From an uncultured Chloroflexia bacterium (GTDB lineage Bacteria > Chloroflexota > Limnocylindria > QHBO01): a DNA stretch of 64,000 nt. Below, piece after piece: positions 29,892 to 40,526 of the stretch; position 1 is the stretch's first letter, and the number at the start of each line of letters is the position of its first letter. A model generated the notes under the pieces. The model saw nothing but the letters and a program-made list of their open reading frames with translations, was not told the DNA's origin and did no database searches. Both the position numbers and the translations under genes were made by a program. Where the stretch lies: NCBI GenBank assembly GCA_963814375.1, contig CAWFCQ010000007.1, positions 283,244 to 347,243 on the forward strand, read 5' to 3'.

Positions 29892-32695
29892 CACTCGATC
29901 CCCTCGCGAATCGCGCGGGCCGGGTCGGCTCGGCGCTGCATCCAGGCCGCGAGGGCGACGCCGACCGCGACGATGGCCAGAAGGATGGCCGTGAGCAGGA
30001 GGAGCTGATCGAAGTCGATCGTGAGCACTGGGTCGCCCGCGCTGCCGGTGAACACCCCGAGGCCAAGGCCGGGAAGCACGACCCAGCCCACGGCCACCCC
30101 GAGCAGCAGGCCGGCCACGATCGCGACCAGCACCGGCGGCGCGTGCTCGATGATCGCCAAGAGCGTCACCTGCCGCCGCCCCAGCCCCATGGTCCGCAGG
30201 TGGGCGGTCTCGCCCGCGCGCGCCGCACCCGCCAGGCCCAGCGAGGTGATGACCGCCAGGGCGGCGTACGCCACCGCGACGCCCAGTGACAGCGCGAAGC
30301 CGGTGCCGATGGCGTTCACGAGTGGTCGATCGCGGAGCTCGGCGAGCTGCTCGGCCTGCGACTGTACCGAGGCGGTGGAGCCAACCTCGCTCACCGCGCT
30401 GCGGATATCGTCGACGGAGTCGGCCGGCGCCCGGACGAAGAGGCTCGTGGTCGTCAGCTGGCGATCGGGGAGGGCGGCCGCAAGATGCGCTCGCGGCACG
30501 ATGATGAACGCCTGCTCGGCCGTCAGCGACGCCACCTGATCGGTGAGGCCCACCACTTCGAAGGTCGCAAAGCGCGCCTCGATCGTCAGCTCGAAGCGGT
30601 CGCCTTCGCGGAACGAGCTCGTGCTCGCGCGCGCCAGCGCCCGCGACACGATGGCCGGGATCGGTGCCTCGCTGGTGCCCGGGCGAGCGTCGCCGATGGG
30701 CGCGGTGAACTGCCCGGGGAAGTGCGTCTCGACCGGCGTGCCGGCGGTGACAGCCTCGTACTCGGGCGCGTCGATCGCCCCCAGCCTTACCCTGCCGCCG
30801 CCGGCGATCCCGACCGATGCATCGGTGAGATGGGCACCGGCGACCTCGTCCACCCCGGCGATGCCGCTGAGATCGATCTCCGCGAAGTGACGGTCGCCGC
30901 CGGTCACGCGGTGGGCAGCGCCGGTGACCTGCCATGACTCGGCGACCTGGCCATCGTCGATGGTCGCGAGCATCGTGGAGGAGAAGGCGCCGATCGCCAC
31001 GGTCAGGAGCAGGACGATCAGTGGCAGGTGGCCCGCGCCAGCCTGTCGCTCGGCCCGCCGGAGCCCGAGAGCCGGAACCATGCCACGTCCGGAGGCGGCG
31101 ACCCAGCCGGCCGCTCGGACCGGGTAGGGGTAGAGACGCACCGTCACGATGCCGACCGCCAGCCCCACCAGCGCCGGTACCGCGGCGAGGAACGGGTCGA
31201 CGCCGGCCAGTGCCCCCGCGGCTGACCCACCCGCCAGACCCCGTTGGCGCAGGAGCACCACGCCGCCGATGGCAAGCCCCACGACCAGCCCCTCGAAGGC
31301 CAGGCGCCGCGGGCTTGCTCCCATCCCGGCGGGCGACTCGCGGCCGATGCGCCGCAGCGGACGAAGCGCGAGCGGCATGACGGCCACGACCAGGACGATG
31401 ATGGCGCCAAGGGCCACGATGCCGGCCGCGACCGCGGACATCGGCGTGTCGCGCGCCTCAACGGCCGCGGTCGCAAGGAGCAGGGCGGCCGCGGCAGGTG
31501 CCACCGCCAGGAGCAGGCCCTCGACGATGTGCGAGCCGACGAGCTGTCTCCCCGATCCCCCGCGCCCACGGAGGAGGACCAGCGATCCACGCCGTCGCTG
31601 CACGGCCAGCAGGGCCAGGACGGCGATCGCGACGACGGCAACAGCGGCGGGGCCCATGAGCGCGGTGACGAGGACCGCTTCCGACGCGCGGAACTCGGCC
31701 TGGAATCGGTTCATGAGATCCAGGAGGCCGGTGCGCAGAGTCGTGGTTTCGGGATCCTCCACGGTCGCGAACGATGCGTAATTCGCCTCCATGCGCTGGA
31801 GGTCGATGACCAGCCTGTCGACCATGCCCGCATCGAGGCGCTCCGGATCGGGGTAGTAGCGGAAGGAGTAGCGAAGCGGCGTCCCGAGCTCGTTGGTCGC
31901 CGGATAGGCATCGGGCGAGGCGAGGGCGGTGCCGTAGACCATGACGATGTTGATGCCGACCGGCACCAGGTTGGGCTCGTGAAGGCCGCGGTCGCCGACC
32001 CAGAAGTCACCGTCAGGATCGGTCACCTCGATGAGGCCCACGACCTCGGCTGCGACGGCCTCCGGGAAGCCGAATGCGCCGACCAGCGGATCGTCCTGCG
32101 AGGGGAAAACGTGCATCACGTCCCCGATCTCGACCGCCAGCTCCTCCGCCGTGACCGTCGAGAGCGCGACTTCGAAGAGCAATCCCTGGCGGTCCTCGGG
32201 GACCGGTACCGATCCCGGCGGCAGGTCCGGCGCGGGCACGCGCCGCGTTTCTCCGGTCGGCATGCGACCGTCGACGAGCCGAACCTCGTCGCCGAGATCC
32301 CCCTGGAACTGGAGCGTGATGAATCCGGGGCGGTTCGCAGGACGGTCCAGGACCGAGTAGACGACGCTCTCCGCGAGCATCGAATCGCCAGAAATGATGC
32401 GTCGGACACTCTCCGGCAGGCCGGCCTCGATCTCGCTCTCGACTGCCGCAATCGGCTCCATCGCCTCTCCTGGCGCGGCAACGATGCTGTCGATCCGCCC
32501 GAGCTGGAGGTTGCGCTCGACCACGCTGGCCTCCCCGACCTCGTAGCGGAGGCCGGCATCCGCGGCGGTGTTGAAGAGACGGGGCGCGGCAGCCGCGAGC
32601 AGGGCGGTGACGAAGACCAGCGCGATGATCAGCAGGCCGGGCAGCCGATCCTGCCTCAGGCGTGAGACGAGCAGTCGGATGGCGGCCACGCTCAC
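29891..32695 (-). CDS. Large FtsX-like ABC permease
   Basis: LLRGRGGS, LRTMGL motifs; two TM clusters with large extracellular loops. Confidence 0.88.
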   Translation of the reverse strand: MSVAAIRLLVSRLRQDRLPGLLIIALVFVTALLAAAAPRLFNTAADAGLRYEVGEASVVERNLQLGRIDSIVAAPGEAMEPIAAVESEIEAGLPESVRRIISGDSMLAESVVYSVLDRPANRPGFITLQFQGDLGDEVRLVDGRMPTGETRRVPAPDLPPGSVPVPEDRQGLLFEVALSTVTAEELAVEIGDVMHVFPSQDDPLVGAFGFPEAVAAEVVGLIEVTDPDGDFWVGDRGLHEPNLVPVGINIVMVYGTALASPDAYPATNELGTPLRYSFRYYPDPERLDAGMVDRLVIDLQRMEANYASFATVEDPETTTLRTGLLDLMNRFQAEFRASEAVLVTALMGPAAVAVVAIAVLALLAVQRRRGSLVLLRGRGGSGRQLVGSHIVEGLLLAVAPAAAALLLATAAVEARDTPMSAVAAGIVALGAIIVLVVAVMPLALRPLRRIGRESPAGMGASPRRLAFEGLVVGLAIGGVVLLRQRGLAGGSAAGALAGVDPFLAAVPALVGLAVGIVTVRLYPYPVRAAGWVAASGRGMVPALGLRRAERQAGAGHLPLIVLLLTVAIGAFSSTMLATIDDGQVAESWQVTGAAHRVTGGDRHFAEIDLSGIAGVDEVAGAHLTDASVGIAGGGRVRLGAIDAPEYEAVTAGTPVETHFPGQFTAPIGDARPGTSEAPIPAIVSRALARASTSSFREGDRFELTIEARFATFEVVGLTDQVASLTAEQAFIIVPRAHLAAALPDRQLTTTSLFVRAPADSVDDIRSAVSEVGSTASVQSQAEQLAELRDRPLVNAIGTGFALSLGVAVAYAALAVITSLGLAGAARAGETAHLRTMGLGRRQVTLLAIIEHAPPVLVAIVAGLLLGVAVGWVVLPGLGLGVFTGSAGDPVLTIDFDQLLLLTAILLAIVAVGVALAAWMQRRADPARAIREGIE

Positions 32696-35600
32696 TCCCC
32701 TCCCGCACGGAGGACGCCGCTGACCCGCACGCGCCCGAGCAGCCGGCCGATGACCACGACGGTCACGACCAGCGCGACCAGCGCAGCGAGGTAGAGCACC
32801 CCGTAGACGCCCCATGGGAAGACGACGTCGACGGGCGGGACCGCCAGGGTCGCCTCCTGCGTGAGCGTCACGAAGGGCAGCACGACCCACGCCAGCACCA
32901 GGCCCAGGCCGGTGCCGGCCAGCAGCCCGATCAGGAGCAGGAAGGCATTCTCGATCGTGAGCCACGCCGAAAGCTGACGGTGCGAGAGGCCGATGGCCTG
33001 GAGCAACGCGAACTCACCCAACCGCTCCCTGGCCGAAACGGTGGCGCTGACGACGAAGCCGATCGCCGCGAAGATGATTGCCGCAAGAGCGCCGATGACG
33101 AGCGCGCCGATGACGCCGAGGGCGACCGGGTCGCCGATGAGATCGCGGTGCAGGTCGTCGCGCGCCACGGCCGCAGCCACCGAGTACGGCTCGGCACGGA
33201 TGGTCTCGGCCACCGACGGCCCGGCACCCTCGGCGGTCGCGAGCCACCACTCGTCGGCCCCGAGGGCAGAGCCGCTCGCCTCATCGGCCGTTGCCAGCGC
33301 ACCGATGTCGGCGATGACGAACGGTTCGGCGGGATCGACGGTCGGGAAGCCGCGCAGTGAGCCGACGATCGTGAACTGCCGGCGCTGAGTGAGCTGGCCG
33401 AGCTCGACCGTGTCACCGATCGCTGCACCCGTGGCTGCGAGGTAGCCCTCCGATGCGAGAACCGGCACTGGCCCGGCATCTTCGGCGGCGGGCGCACCCA
33501 CCGCGAACTCGATCTCGCTCGGATCGGCCGGCCCGAATCCCGGGAGTGCGTCCTCGGCGTCGAAGGTCATGGGTGGGATGGTTCCAAGGTCGACCGGCAG
33601 CGCCTCGCCGTCCGCGGCGAGCAGCTCGAGCCCGTCGAGCGTCACGCTTCCGACGCCGAGCGACTCCGCCGGCAGCTCGACCGCCAGCTCAACACCGATG
33701 ATCGCGGCCGGGAACGCCGGCACCAGCGCCTGTCCCGCCAGGGCGTCGGAGGTCACCGGGATCTCGACCGACTGCGCGCCGAGGCCCACCGCCATTCGCG
33801 GGCCGGTGACCCGGTGGATGATGCCGTCGGCGTCGCGCATCACGATGGCCGGCGTGATGCCGCGGAAGCCGGGAGAGAAGGTGACGCTCTCCTCGTTGGA
33901 CGATCAGCGGCTCGATGGCAGTGGTCACTTCCAGGGCCACGGCCACGGTGCCCTCGTCCAGTGGGGTCCCTGTCGCAGGAACCTCGGCGGTGAGGCGAGC
34001 CAGCAGGTCGTCGATCGGCTCGTCGGCGAGGTCGGGCCGGAACTCGATGGCAGCCGCCGCATCGGCGCTGTCGATGGCGAGGATCGTCCCGCTCTGTGCC
34101 TGCGCGAGGTCGAAGTGATCGACCGCGACCGGGATCGCCTCCTCTACGTCATCGACGGTCCGATAGGACTGCCCGATCGCCCAGCTCGGCAGATCGGCGA
34201 ATCTCGCGACCTCGACCCGCACGTCGGACCCGGTTCGATACGCCGCCTGGTCGGCCTGGGACTGCGTCCAGGTGCTGGCGTAGGCGCCGGCAAACGTCCC
34301 GAGCGCGGCCGCGAGCATGAGGAGCAGCGCGGAGCGGGTGTAGCGCAGCGGCCGTCGCGACAGCTGCCGTGCGCCCAGCGGTCCGACCAGACCGCGCTGC
34401 CCGACGAGCAGTCGTTCACCAAGCTCAGCGGCGAGTGGCACGATGCGGAGCGCGAGAATCGAGCCGGCGAGAAGCGCGATCGCGGGTGCGGCGACGAGCA
34501 GCGGGTCGAGACCGATCGTTCCGCGCACCGTCTGCGTCAGGGGCGCGCCGTACTGGCGAAGCTGCCACAGACCGATGCCGGCCAGGACGACGAGCGCCAG
34601 GTCCAGGCCGAGACGCTGTGCGAGCGAGCGGTTGCCCTGCCGGGAGATCGACTGCCGCACGACGGCGAGCCCGCGTCCCGCGCCAAGCGCCGGCAGCACC
34701 AGCCCCAGAGTCGCGGCCAGGCCGGCGCCGATGGCAACCAGCACCACGGTGCTGTCGATGCGGGGCTCGATCGTGATGCCGGCTTCTGCCAGCGGTCCGC
34801 TGAAGTTGAGCATTCCGAGGATCGCGACGGCCAGCCACGGCGCAAGGAGGACGGCGGGGACCACGAGCAGCATCGCCTCGAGGAACGACATCAGCGCGAT
34901 GTGGCGCACACCCGCTCCGCGCGACCTGAGCAGCGCCGTCTCGACCCGCCGCTGCTCGACCATCAGGCCGGCAACGAGCAGCAGCGCGTAGGCGGCCAGC
35001 ACGGCGAACTGGATGGTGATCACCACGACCCCGCTGCGGCTGACGAGCAGCGAGCGACCAGCCGCCTCGAGGATCTCGTCGAGCTCGGTCCCAACCTGGA
35101 AGAAGGCTCGGTCGCCGAGGGTCTCCTCCAGACGGCGCTCGAGCGCCGCGACATCGCTGCGCATCCACCTGACGTCGTCGAGGGCCAGCTGGTCGAAGTC
35201 GGGGAGGGCTCGGAGCTCGAGGTCGATGTCGCCGGACACCGTCCGTCCCAGCAGGTCCTCGCGGCCAACCACCAGCGGTCCGAAGGTCACGAAGGAGCCT
35301 CCCTCGCTGGCTCCCTCGAGCTCGAGCGGATCGGCTCGCCAGTACGGGTCGGTGGGATCGGTCGGCTGCCAGATGCCGGTGACCAGGACCGAGACCTCGC
35401 TGCCTTCGTCACGCCGGCTCGCGACGGCCAGCTCGCTCCCGACCTCGAGCCCCAGCGCGTCGGCCGTGGAGCGCGACACCGCCACCGCCATCGGTTCTTC
35501 GCCTTCGTCCGGCCAGGCGCCGTCGAGGAGCGTGGCGTGCTCCTCGATGCCCTCGTAGGCGCCGAAGATGACGAGCGACGTGACCTCCTCGGAGTCCTCG

Positions 35601-35938
35601 CCGCCGGGAAGCTCGTATGTCTCTGAGCGGGCGACGGTGATCAGCTCGCCACCGGTCCAGCCCAGGATGCGCCCGATCTGGCGCTCGAGCTTGGGCTCGA
35701 CCTCGGGAAGCTCATCTGCGGAGGCGCGGATCTGGACGCTGATGCTCGTGGAGGTGCCGGGCTCGTCGGCCAGGATCCGATGCAGCCCAGTCAGCGCCAC
35801 CGCGTCGCCGTAGAGCACGCCGACGGCCACGAGCGTCGTGGCGCACACGATCACGAGCCACACCGCGGCCACGATCAGCCAGTCGGCGAAGCTTCGCTGC
35901 CAGACAACGCGAAGCGGGGCCACCAGGCCCTCGAGCAT
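32692..35938 (-). CDS. Large FtsX-like ABC permease; frameshift near 33898
   Basis: ETALLRSRGAG, SQADQAAYRTGSD, EFALLQAIGL; ORFs 33689..36055 and 32692..33843 join. Confidence 0.85.
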
Positions 35939-36094
35939 CCGAGCCTCCCGATTCCCCTTTGTCGTAGGTAGCGCCGGTGACGTTAATCGGTTCACCGGCC
36001 GACGGCTCCTGCCAAGGTCAGAGGGGCGGCCGCATTGTGACGGGTTGTCGCTCAATCGTCCCCGCGCGGGGGTTCTATGCTGCCACCGGATCGC

Positions 36095-36166
36095 GGGCCG
36101 TTAGCTCAGTGGCAGAGCAGGGGACTTTTAATCCTCGTGTCGTGGGTTCGAATCCCACACGGCCCT
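36095..36166 (+). tRNA. tRNA-Lys(TTT), CCA not encoded
   Basis: GGGCCGT/ACGGCCC acceptor; anticodon loop CTTTTAA; GGTTCGAATCC. Confidence 0.95.
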
Positions 36167-36170
36167 CTCT

Positions 36171-36359
36171 GACAACACAGCCCGGCGGAAGAACGGGGCG
36201 GCCGGGGCCGTCCACTCGAGCCCGGTCATGCCCATCTGGCGGGTGATGCTCATCCGCTCGACCAGCATTCCGACGATCTCCGCCCGGCCCCGGGCTGGCT
36301 GCAGCCAGTGCCTCCGGCATCGACAGCAACCGCGTCGGCGCCTCGTCGAAGGCCACCAG
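36171..36359 (-). pseudogene. Probable C-terminal stub of a large serine recombinase, copy 1
   Basis: LVAFDEA..RLLSMPEAL...EW..PFFRRAVLS, frameshifted; abuts the tRNA; family assignment is inference. Confidence 0.5.
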
Positions 36360-36369
36360 CTCCGCGCGA

Positions 36370-36548
36370 CTCGTGATGCGCCAGGTCGCGTGGGAGGCAG
36401 GCGATCTTCTCCCGACCGGCAAATCCTCCAGCAGCCGGGTCAGTGGAACCAGCGTGAGGAAGTCGCGCACCGCCGGATTGTCCTCGTCGATGGGCACCTC
36501 GATCGCGGTCGATCCGGCCGAGAACCGCACGATGGTCTCAGCAGGCAC
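36370..36548 (-). pseudogene. Cyclophilin-like fold protein fragment
   Basis: DNPAVRDFLTLVPLT..LED then frame break. Confidence 0.5.
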
Positions 36549-36550
36549 GG

Positions 36551-37393
36551 CTACGCATCCTCACGTGCAAGCGAGGTCGACAGGTCACGGTACGCGTTCG
36601 CATCGTCTTGAAGGTCCTTCGCCTTCTGCTCGGCGATGGCAATCGCATCGGCCCCTCCCATGAATCGGCGTGGCGGCTGCTGCTGGCTGGCGATCGTGAT
36701 GAGAGCCTGCGCCAGCTTGGCCGGGTCGCCGGCCTGCCGGCGGTTCATGTCCTCGTACCACTGCACCCGCTCCGCGTGACGATCGGCGTAGTCCGCTATG
36801 GACGGCTCAGCGTAGGTCGTCGACTGGTGCGAAAGCAGATCGGTGCGGAAGAACCCGGGGTTGACGATGGTGGTGTGAATGCCGAAGGGAGCGACTTCGG
36901 GCGCGAGCGATTCCATCCAGCCCTCTAGGCCGAACTTGGCGGCGGCGTAGGCGGAATTGAACTCGAAGCCGGACAGGCCCGCGCCCGACGAAATCGAAAT
37001 CACGTGGCCCGAGCGCTGCTTGCGCATGATCGGCAGGACTGCTCGGGTGACGTTCATCGGACCGATCAGCCCGGTCGCCAGTTGGAGCTCCATCTGCGCG
37101 GGCGTCAGTTCCTCGAAGTAGCCGGCATAGAAGAGGCCAGCGTTGTTGACCAGTACGTCGATCCGCCCGAATCGGTCGACAGCCGCATTGACAGCTGCCT
37201 CGGCGTCATTCGGGCGGGTGACATCGAGCTGAGCGACCAACAGGTCAGCGTTCTCGCCGAGGGCGGTGCGAACCGTGTCGGGATCGCGGCCGGTGGCGAC
37301 GACAGCGTGTCCGGCGGCGAGTGCAGTCTTGGCAAAGTCGACCCCCATTCCGCGCCCGGCGCCGGTGATGAACCAGACTCGCTTCTCAGTCAA
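36551..37393 (-). CDS. SDR family oxidoreductase
   Basis: ITGAGRGMG, VLVNNAG, YAAAK; TTG start after AAGGAG. Confidence 0.93.
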   Translation of the reverse strand: MTEKRVWFITGAGRGMGVDFAKTALAAGHAVVATGRDPDTVRTALGENADLLVAQLDVTRPNDAEAAVNAAVDRFGRIDVLVNNAGLFYAGYFEELTPAQMELQLATGLIGPMNVTRAVLPIMRKQRSGHVISISSGAGLSGFEFNSAYAAAKFGLEGWMESLAPEVAPFGIHTTIVNPGFFRTDLLSHQSTTYAEPSIADYADRHAERVQWYEDMNRRQAGDPAKLAQALITIASQQQPPRRFMGGADAIAIAEQKAKDLQDDANAYRDLSTSLAREDA

Positions 37394-37430
37394 TTGCTTC
37401 TCCTTGTGTCTTGCTGCAATGCGTCGGCGC

Positions 37431-38445
37431 CTAGGCCCGCAGCAGCACCTTCGTTGCCCGACGCTCGTCCATCGCCCGGTAGCCATCGGCGGCCCGGTCG
37501 AGCGGCAGCTCGAGGTCGAACACCTTGCCCGGGTCGATCTCGCGGTTCCAGATGAGCTCGATCAGCTCGGGCAGGAAACGGCGCACCGGAGCCGGGCCGC
37601 CATGGAGATGCGCGTGCGAGAAGAAAATCTCGTTCGCCGGCAGCTCTCCGTGAAGGACGCCGACATAGCCCACGTGGCCGCCCGGCCGCGTTGATCGAAT
37701 CGCTTGCATGACCGATTCCTCGGTGCCGACGGCCTCGACGACGGAGTGCGCGCCGAGCCCGTCAGTCAGCTCCTTAACCCGAGCGACCCCCTCGTCCCCG
37801 CGCTCCTCGACGATGTCGGTGGCGCCGAAGCTCGTAGGCGAACTTCTGTCGGTCCGCGTGCCGGCTCATCGCGATGATGCGTTCCGCGCCGAGCCGCTTG
37901 GCGGCAAGGACGGCGAGCAGGCCGACCGCGCCGTCACCGACAACCGCGACGGTCTTGTCCGGGCTGGCCTCGGCCGCAACCGCCCCGAACCAGCCAGTGC
38001 CAAGTACGTCGGACGCAGCGAGGAGGCTCGGGATCAGCTCGGCCGGCGGGGTGCCGGGAGTTGCCACCAGCGTGCCGTCGGCAAGCGGGACGCGCATCAG
38101 CTCGGCCTGCGAGCCACCCACGCCCTGGCGGTGGATGCATGACGTCTGGTACCCGGAACGGCAGATCTCGCAGGTGTTGTCCGAGGCAAAGAAGGAGCCG
38201 ACGACGAACTGGCCCGGCTGGACGGTCTTGACCGCCGTGCCGACCTCGACCACCGTGCCGGCATACTCGTGACCCATCGGCGTGCCCGGCTCGTACACGT
38301 CGATGCCGCGCCACGGCCAAAGATCAGAGCCGCAGATGCAACTGTGGGTGAGGCGGATGATGGCGTCGGTCGGTTCGAGGATCTCCGGGTCGTCGCGCTC
38401 TTCGACGCGTACATCGCCGGGTCCGTAGATGATGGTCGCCCTCAT
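37431..38445 (-). CDS. Zinc-dependent alcohol dehydrogenase; frameshift near 37830
   Basis: CICGSDL, GHE, GDGAVG; C-terminal part in ORF 37431..37709. Confidence 0.88.
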
Positions 38446-38586
38446 GGGAGAGTGCTCCTGTCGTCGGTTGCGTGTGAGTAGTGCCACCACCAGCGAAGCA
38501 CTCGCCGAGCCACCGAGGAAGTCTCTGTCGATAGGGGGTACTGCGAGGACCTCCCTAACGACCTGCGACTGGCCTACTGTGCAGGC

Positions 38587-39502
38587 GTGAGCACCGCCAG
38601 CGAGATCCGCGAGTTCCTCGTCTCACGCCGCGCGAAGGTCAGCCCAGAACGCGCCGGAGTGCCGAACTATGGCCGCAAGCGCCGCGTCTCCGGACTGCGA
38701 CGCGAGGATGTCGCGCTGCTCGCGAACGTCAGCGTCGAGTACTACACGCGCCTCGAGCGCGGGAACGCGCCGGGGGTGTCGGATGAAGTCCTCGACGCGG
38801 TCAGCAGCGCGCTGCAGCTCGACGACGCCGAGCGCGAGCATCTCTTCGACCTCGTGCGTGCGAACGCCAACCGCGTGCCGCGCCGCGCGTCGACCCGCCG
38901 CGAGGTGCGGGCCAGCATCAAGCGCATCGTCGATGCCCTGGAGCTGCCGGCGTTCGTGACGAACGGACGCCTGGACATCCTGTACGCCAACCCATTGGCC
39001 GAGGCGCTGTACATGGACCAGTTCCGAGACTCCGCTCGGCCGGCGAACTCGGCGCGCTTCCTGTTCCTCGACTCGCGCGCCAAGACCTTCTACGCCGACT
39101 GGGATACGGTCGCCCACGACATCGTGGCGAGCTCTCCACGGCGAGGCTGGTCGCAGTCCATCTGATCGCGCGCTCATGGAACTCGTCGGTCTGCTGTCAA
39201 CGCGCAGCGAGGAGTTTCGCGTTTTCTGGGCCAGCCACGACGTCCGCTACCACCGCACAGGGACGAAGCGCTTCCGTCACCCGCTCGTGGGTGACATGAC
39301 GCTGTCGTTCGATTCGATTCCACTCCCGGCCGACCCCGGCCTCACGCTCGTGACGTACTCGGCGGAGCCGAGCACGCCGTCTGCAGCGGCGCTCGGCGAA
39401 CTCGCGAAGTGGAGCGAGGCGCGAACAGCCCTGGGCGGAGCGTTCAGCGCGGGGGGTGCCGCGCTCAGAAGCGACACAGAACTGGCCTCGAAACCACAAT
39501 AG
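38587..39502 (+). CDS. XRE/MmyB-type HTH regulator; frameshift near 39133
   Basis: GLRREDVALLANVSVEYYTRLERG; HPLVG..L.F..P.DPG.TLVTYSAEP. Confidence 0.88.
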
Positions 39503-39545
39503 CGATCCGACGCGGCTGGCGGGCAGAGTCACTCACGCGGTCACG

Positions 39546-39775
39546 GACAACACAGCCCGGCGGAAGAACGGGGCGGCCTGGGCCGTCCACTCGACCCCTG
39601 TCAGGCCGGTCTGGCGGGTGGCGGCCACGCGCTCGACCAGCAAGCCGACGATCTCCGCCCGGCGCTCCGGGCTGGCAACGGCCAGCGCCTCCGGCATCGA
39701 CAGCAGCCGCGCCCGGGCCTCGTCGAAGGCCACCAGTGTGTCCGTCGCGTTGGCTGGCAGGGTGGCCGTCGGGCC
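39546..39775 (-). pseudogene. Probable C-terminal stub of a large serine recombinase, copy 2
   Basis: LVAFDEARARLLSMPEALAVASPERRAEIVGLLVERVAATRQTGLTGVEWTAQAAPFFRR; direct repeat of 36171-36359. Confidence 0.55.
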
Positions 39776-39843
39776 GGTGTCAAGCCGGCGCGTGGACTCC
39801 CGCGCCGGTTGGGATTAGGCGCCGGGCTGTACCCTCGTATCCC

Positions 39844-40332
39844 TTGCTCCGCGCCAACAGCCGCCTTACGCGGCGCTCTTCCTCCGACCTTCGCGCCCTC
39901 GATCGCGCCACGCTGCGGATCGAGGAGCTGAGCGTCATCCTGGACCACCAGCTGAGCACCGGGGAGCGTGACGACGAAAGGCTCAAGGACCTCCGCCAAG
40001 CCACCGGCCAGATCACGCGCTCGGCGAACGACGGGATCCAGGCCTATCGCCGCGTCTCCCAGGCACTGCGAGCCGAGGTTCAGCACGCCGATGCGGACGC
40101 GGTGGAACTGGCGGACGCCACGCGCTCCCTGGCCGATGCGCGAGCGCGGATGCTCACCGCACTCGAGGCCGCCAGCAGGCGCTATCCCTGGGCGGAGCCG
40201 TGGGGGCCCTCGCAGAATCCGCCTGGCGACGCCCAAGAGCGTGTCACTGACCTGGCACCAGCTCTGCGAACGCTTCCTGATCGCCGGAGCGAGCTCGCTC
40301 CACCACGTCTCGATCCAAGAGACCCTCCGTGA
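39844..40332 (+). CDS. Hypothetical helical protein, start uncertain
   Basis: Protein-like 3' part of ORF 39409..40332. Confidence 0.45.
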   Translation: MLRANSRLTRRSSSDLRALDRATLRIEELSVILDHQLSTGERDDERLKDLRQATGQITRSANDGIQAYRRVSQALRAEVQHADADAVELADATRSLADARARMLTALEAASRRYPWAEPWGPSQNPPGDAQERVTDLAPALRTLPDRRSELAPPRLDPRDPP

Positions 40333-40526
40333 GGTAGTCATCCGACCGCCCTCTACCAATGATGAGGGCAGCGAGCACCGGAATCGTTCAGTACCGCCCA
40401 CACTTCCGATTGGTTCACGCCGCGTAGAATCGCAACGGGTCGTCACCCTCCCCTTTGTGGTGAGCGGGGCCGGAATCCCACACGGCCCTCTCCGTCGTAC
40501 GAATTGAGTCCACATCGGGAGTGCAC

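Larger units (their letters stand above)
36150..40492. mobile_element. Decayed genomic island at tRNA-Lys 3' end
   Basis: 20-bp direct repeat GAATCCCACACGGCCCTCTC at 36150-36169 and 40473-40492; recombinase-like stubs inside. Confidence 0.75.
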
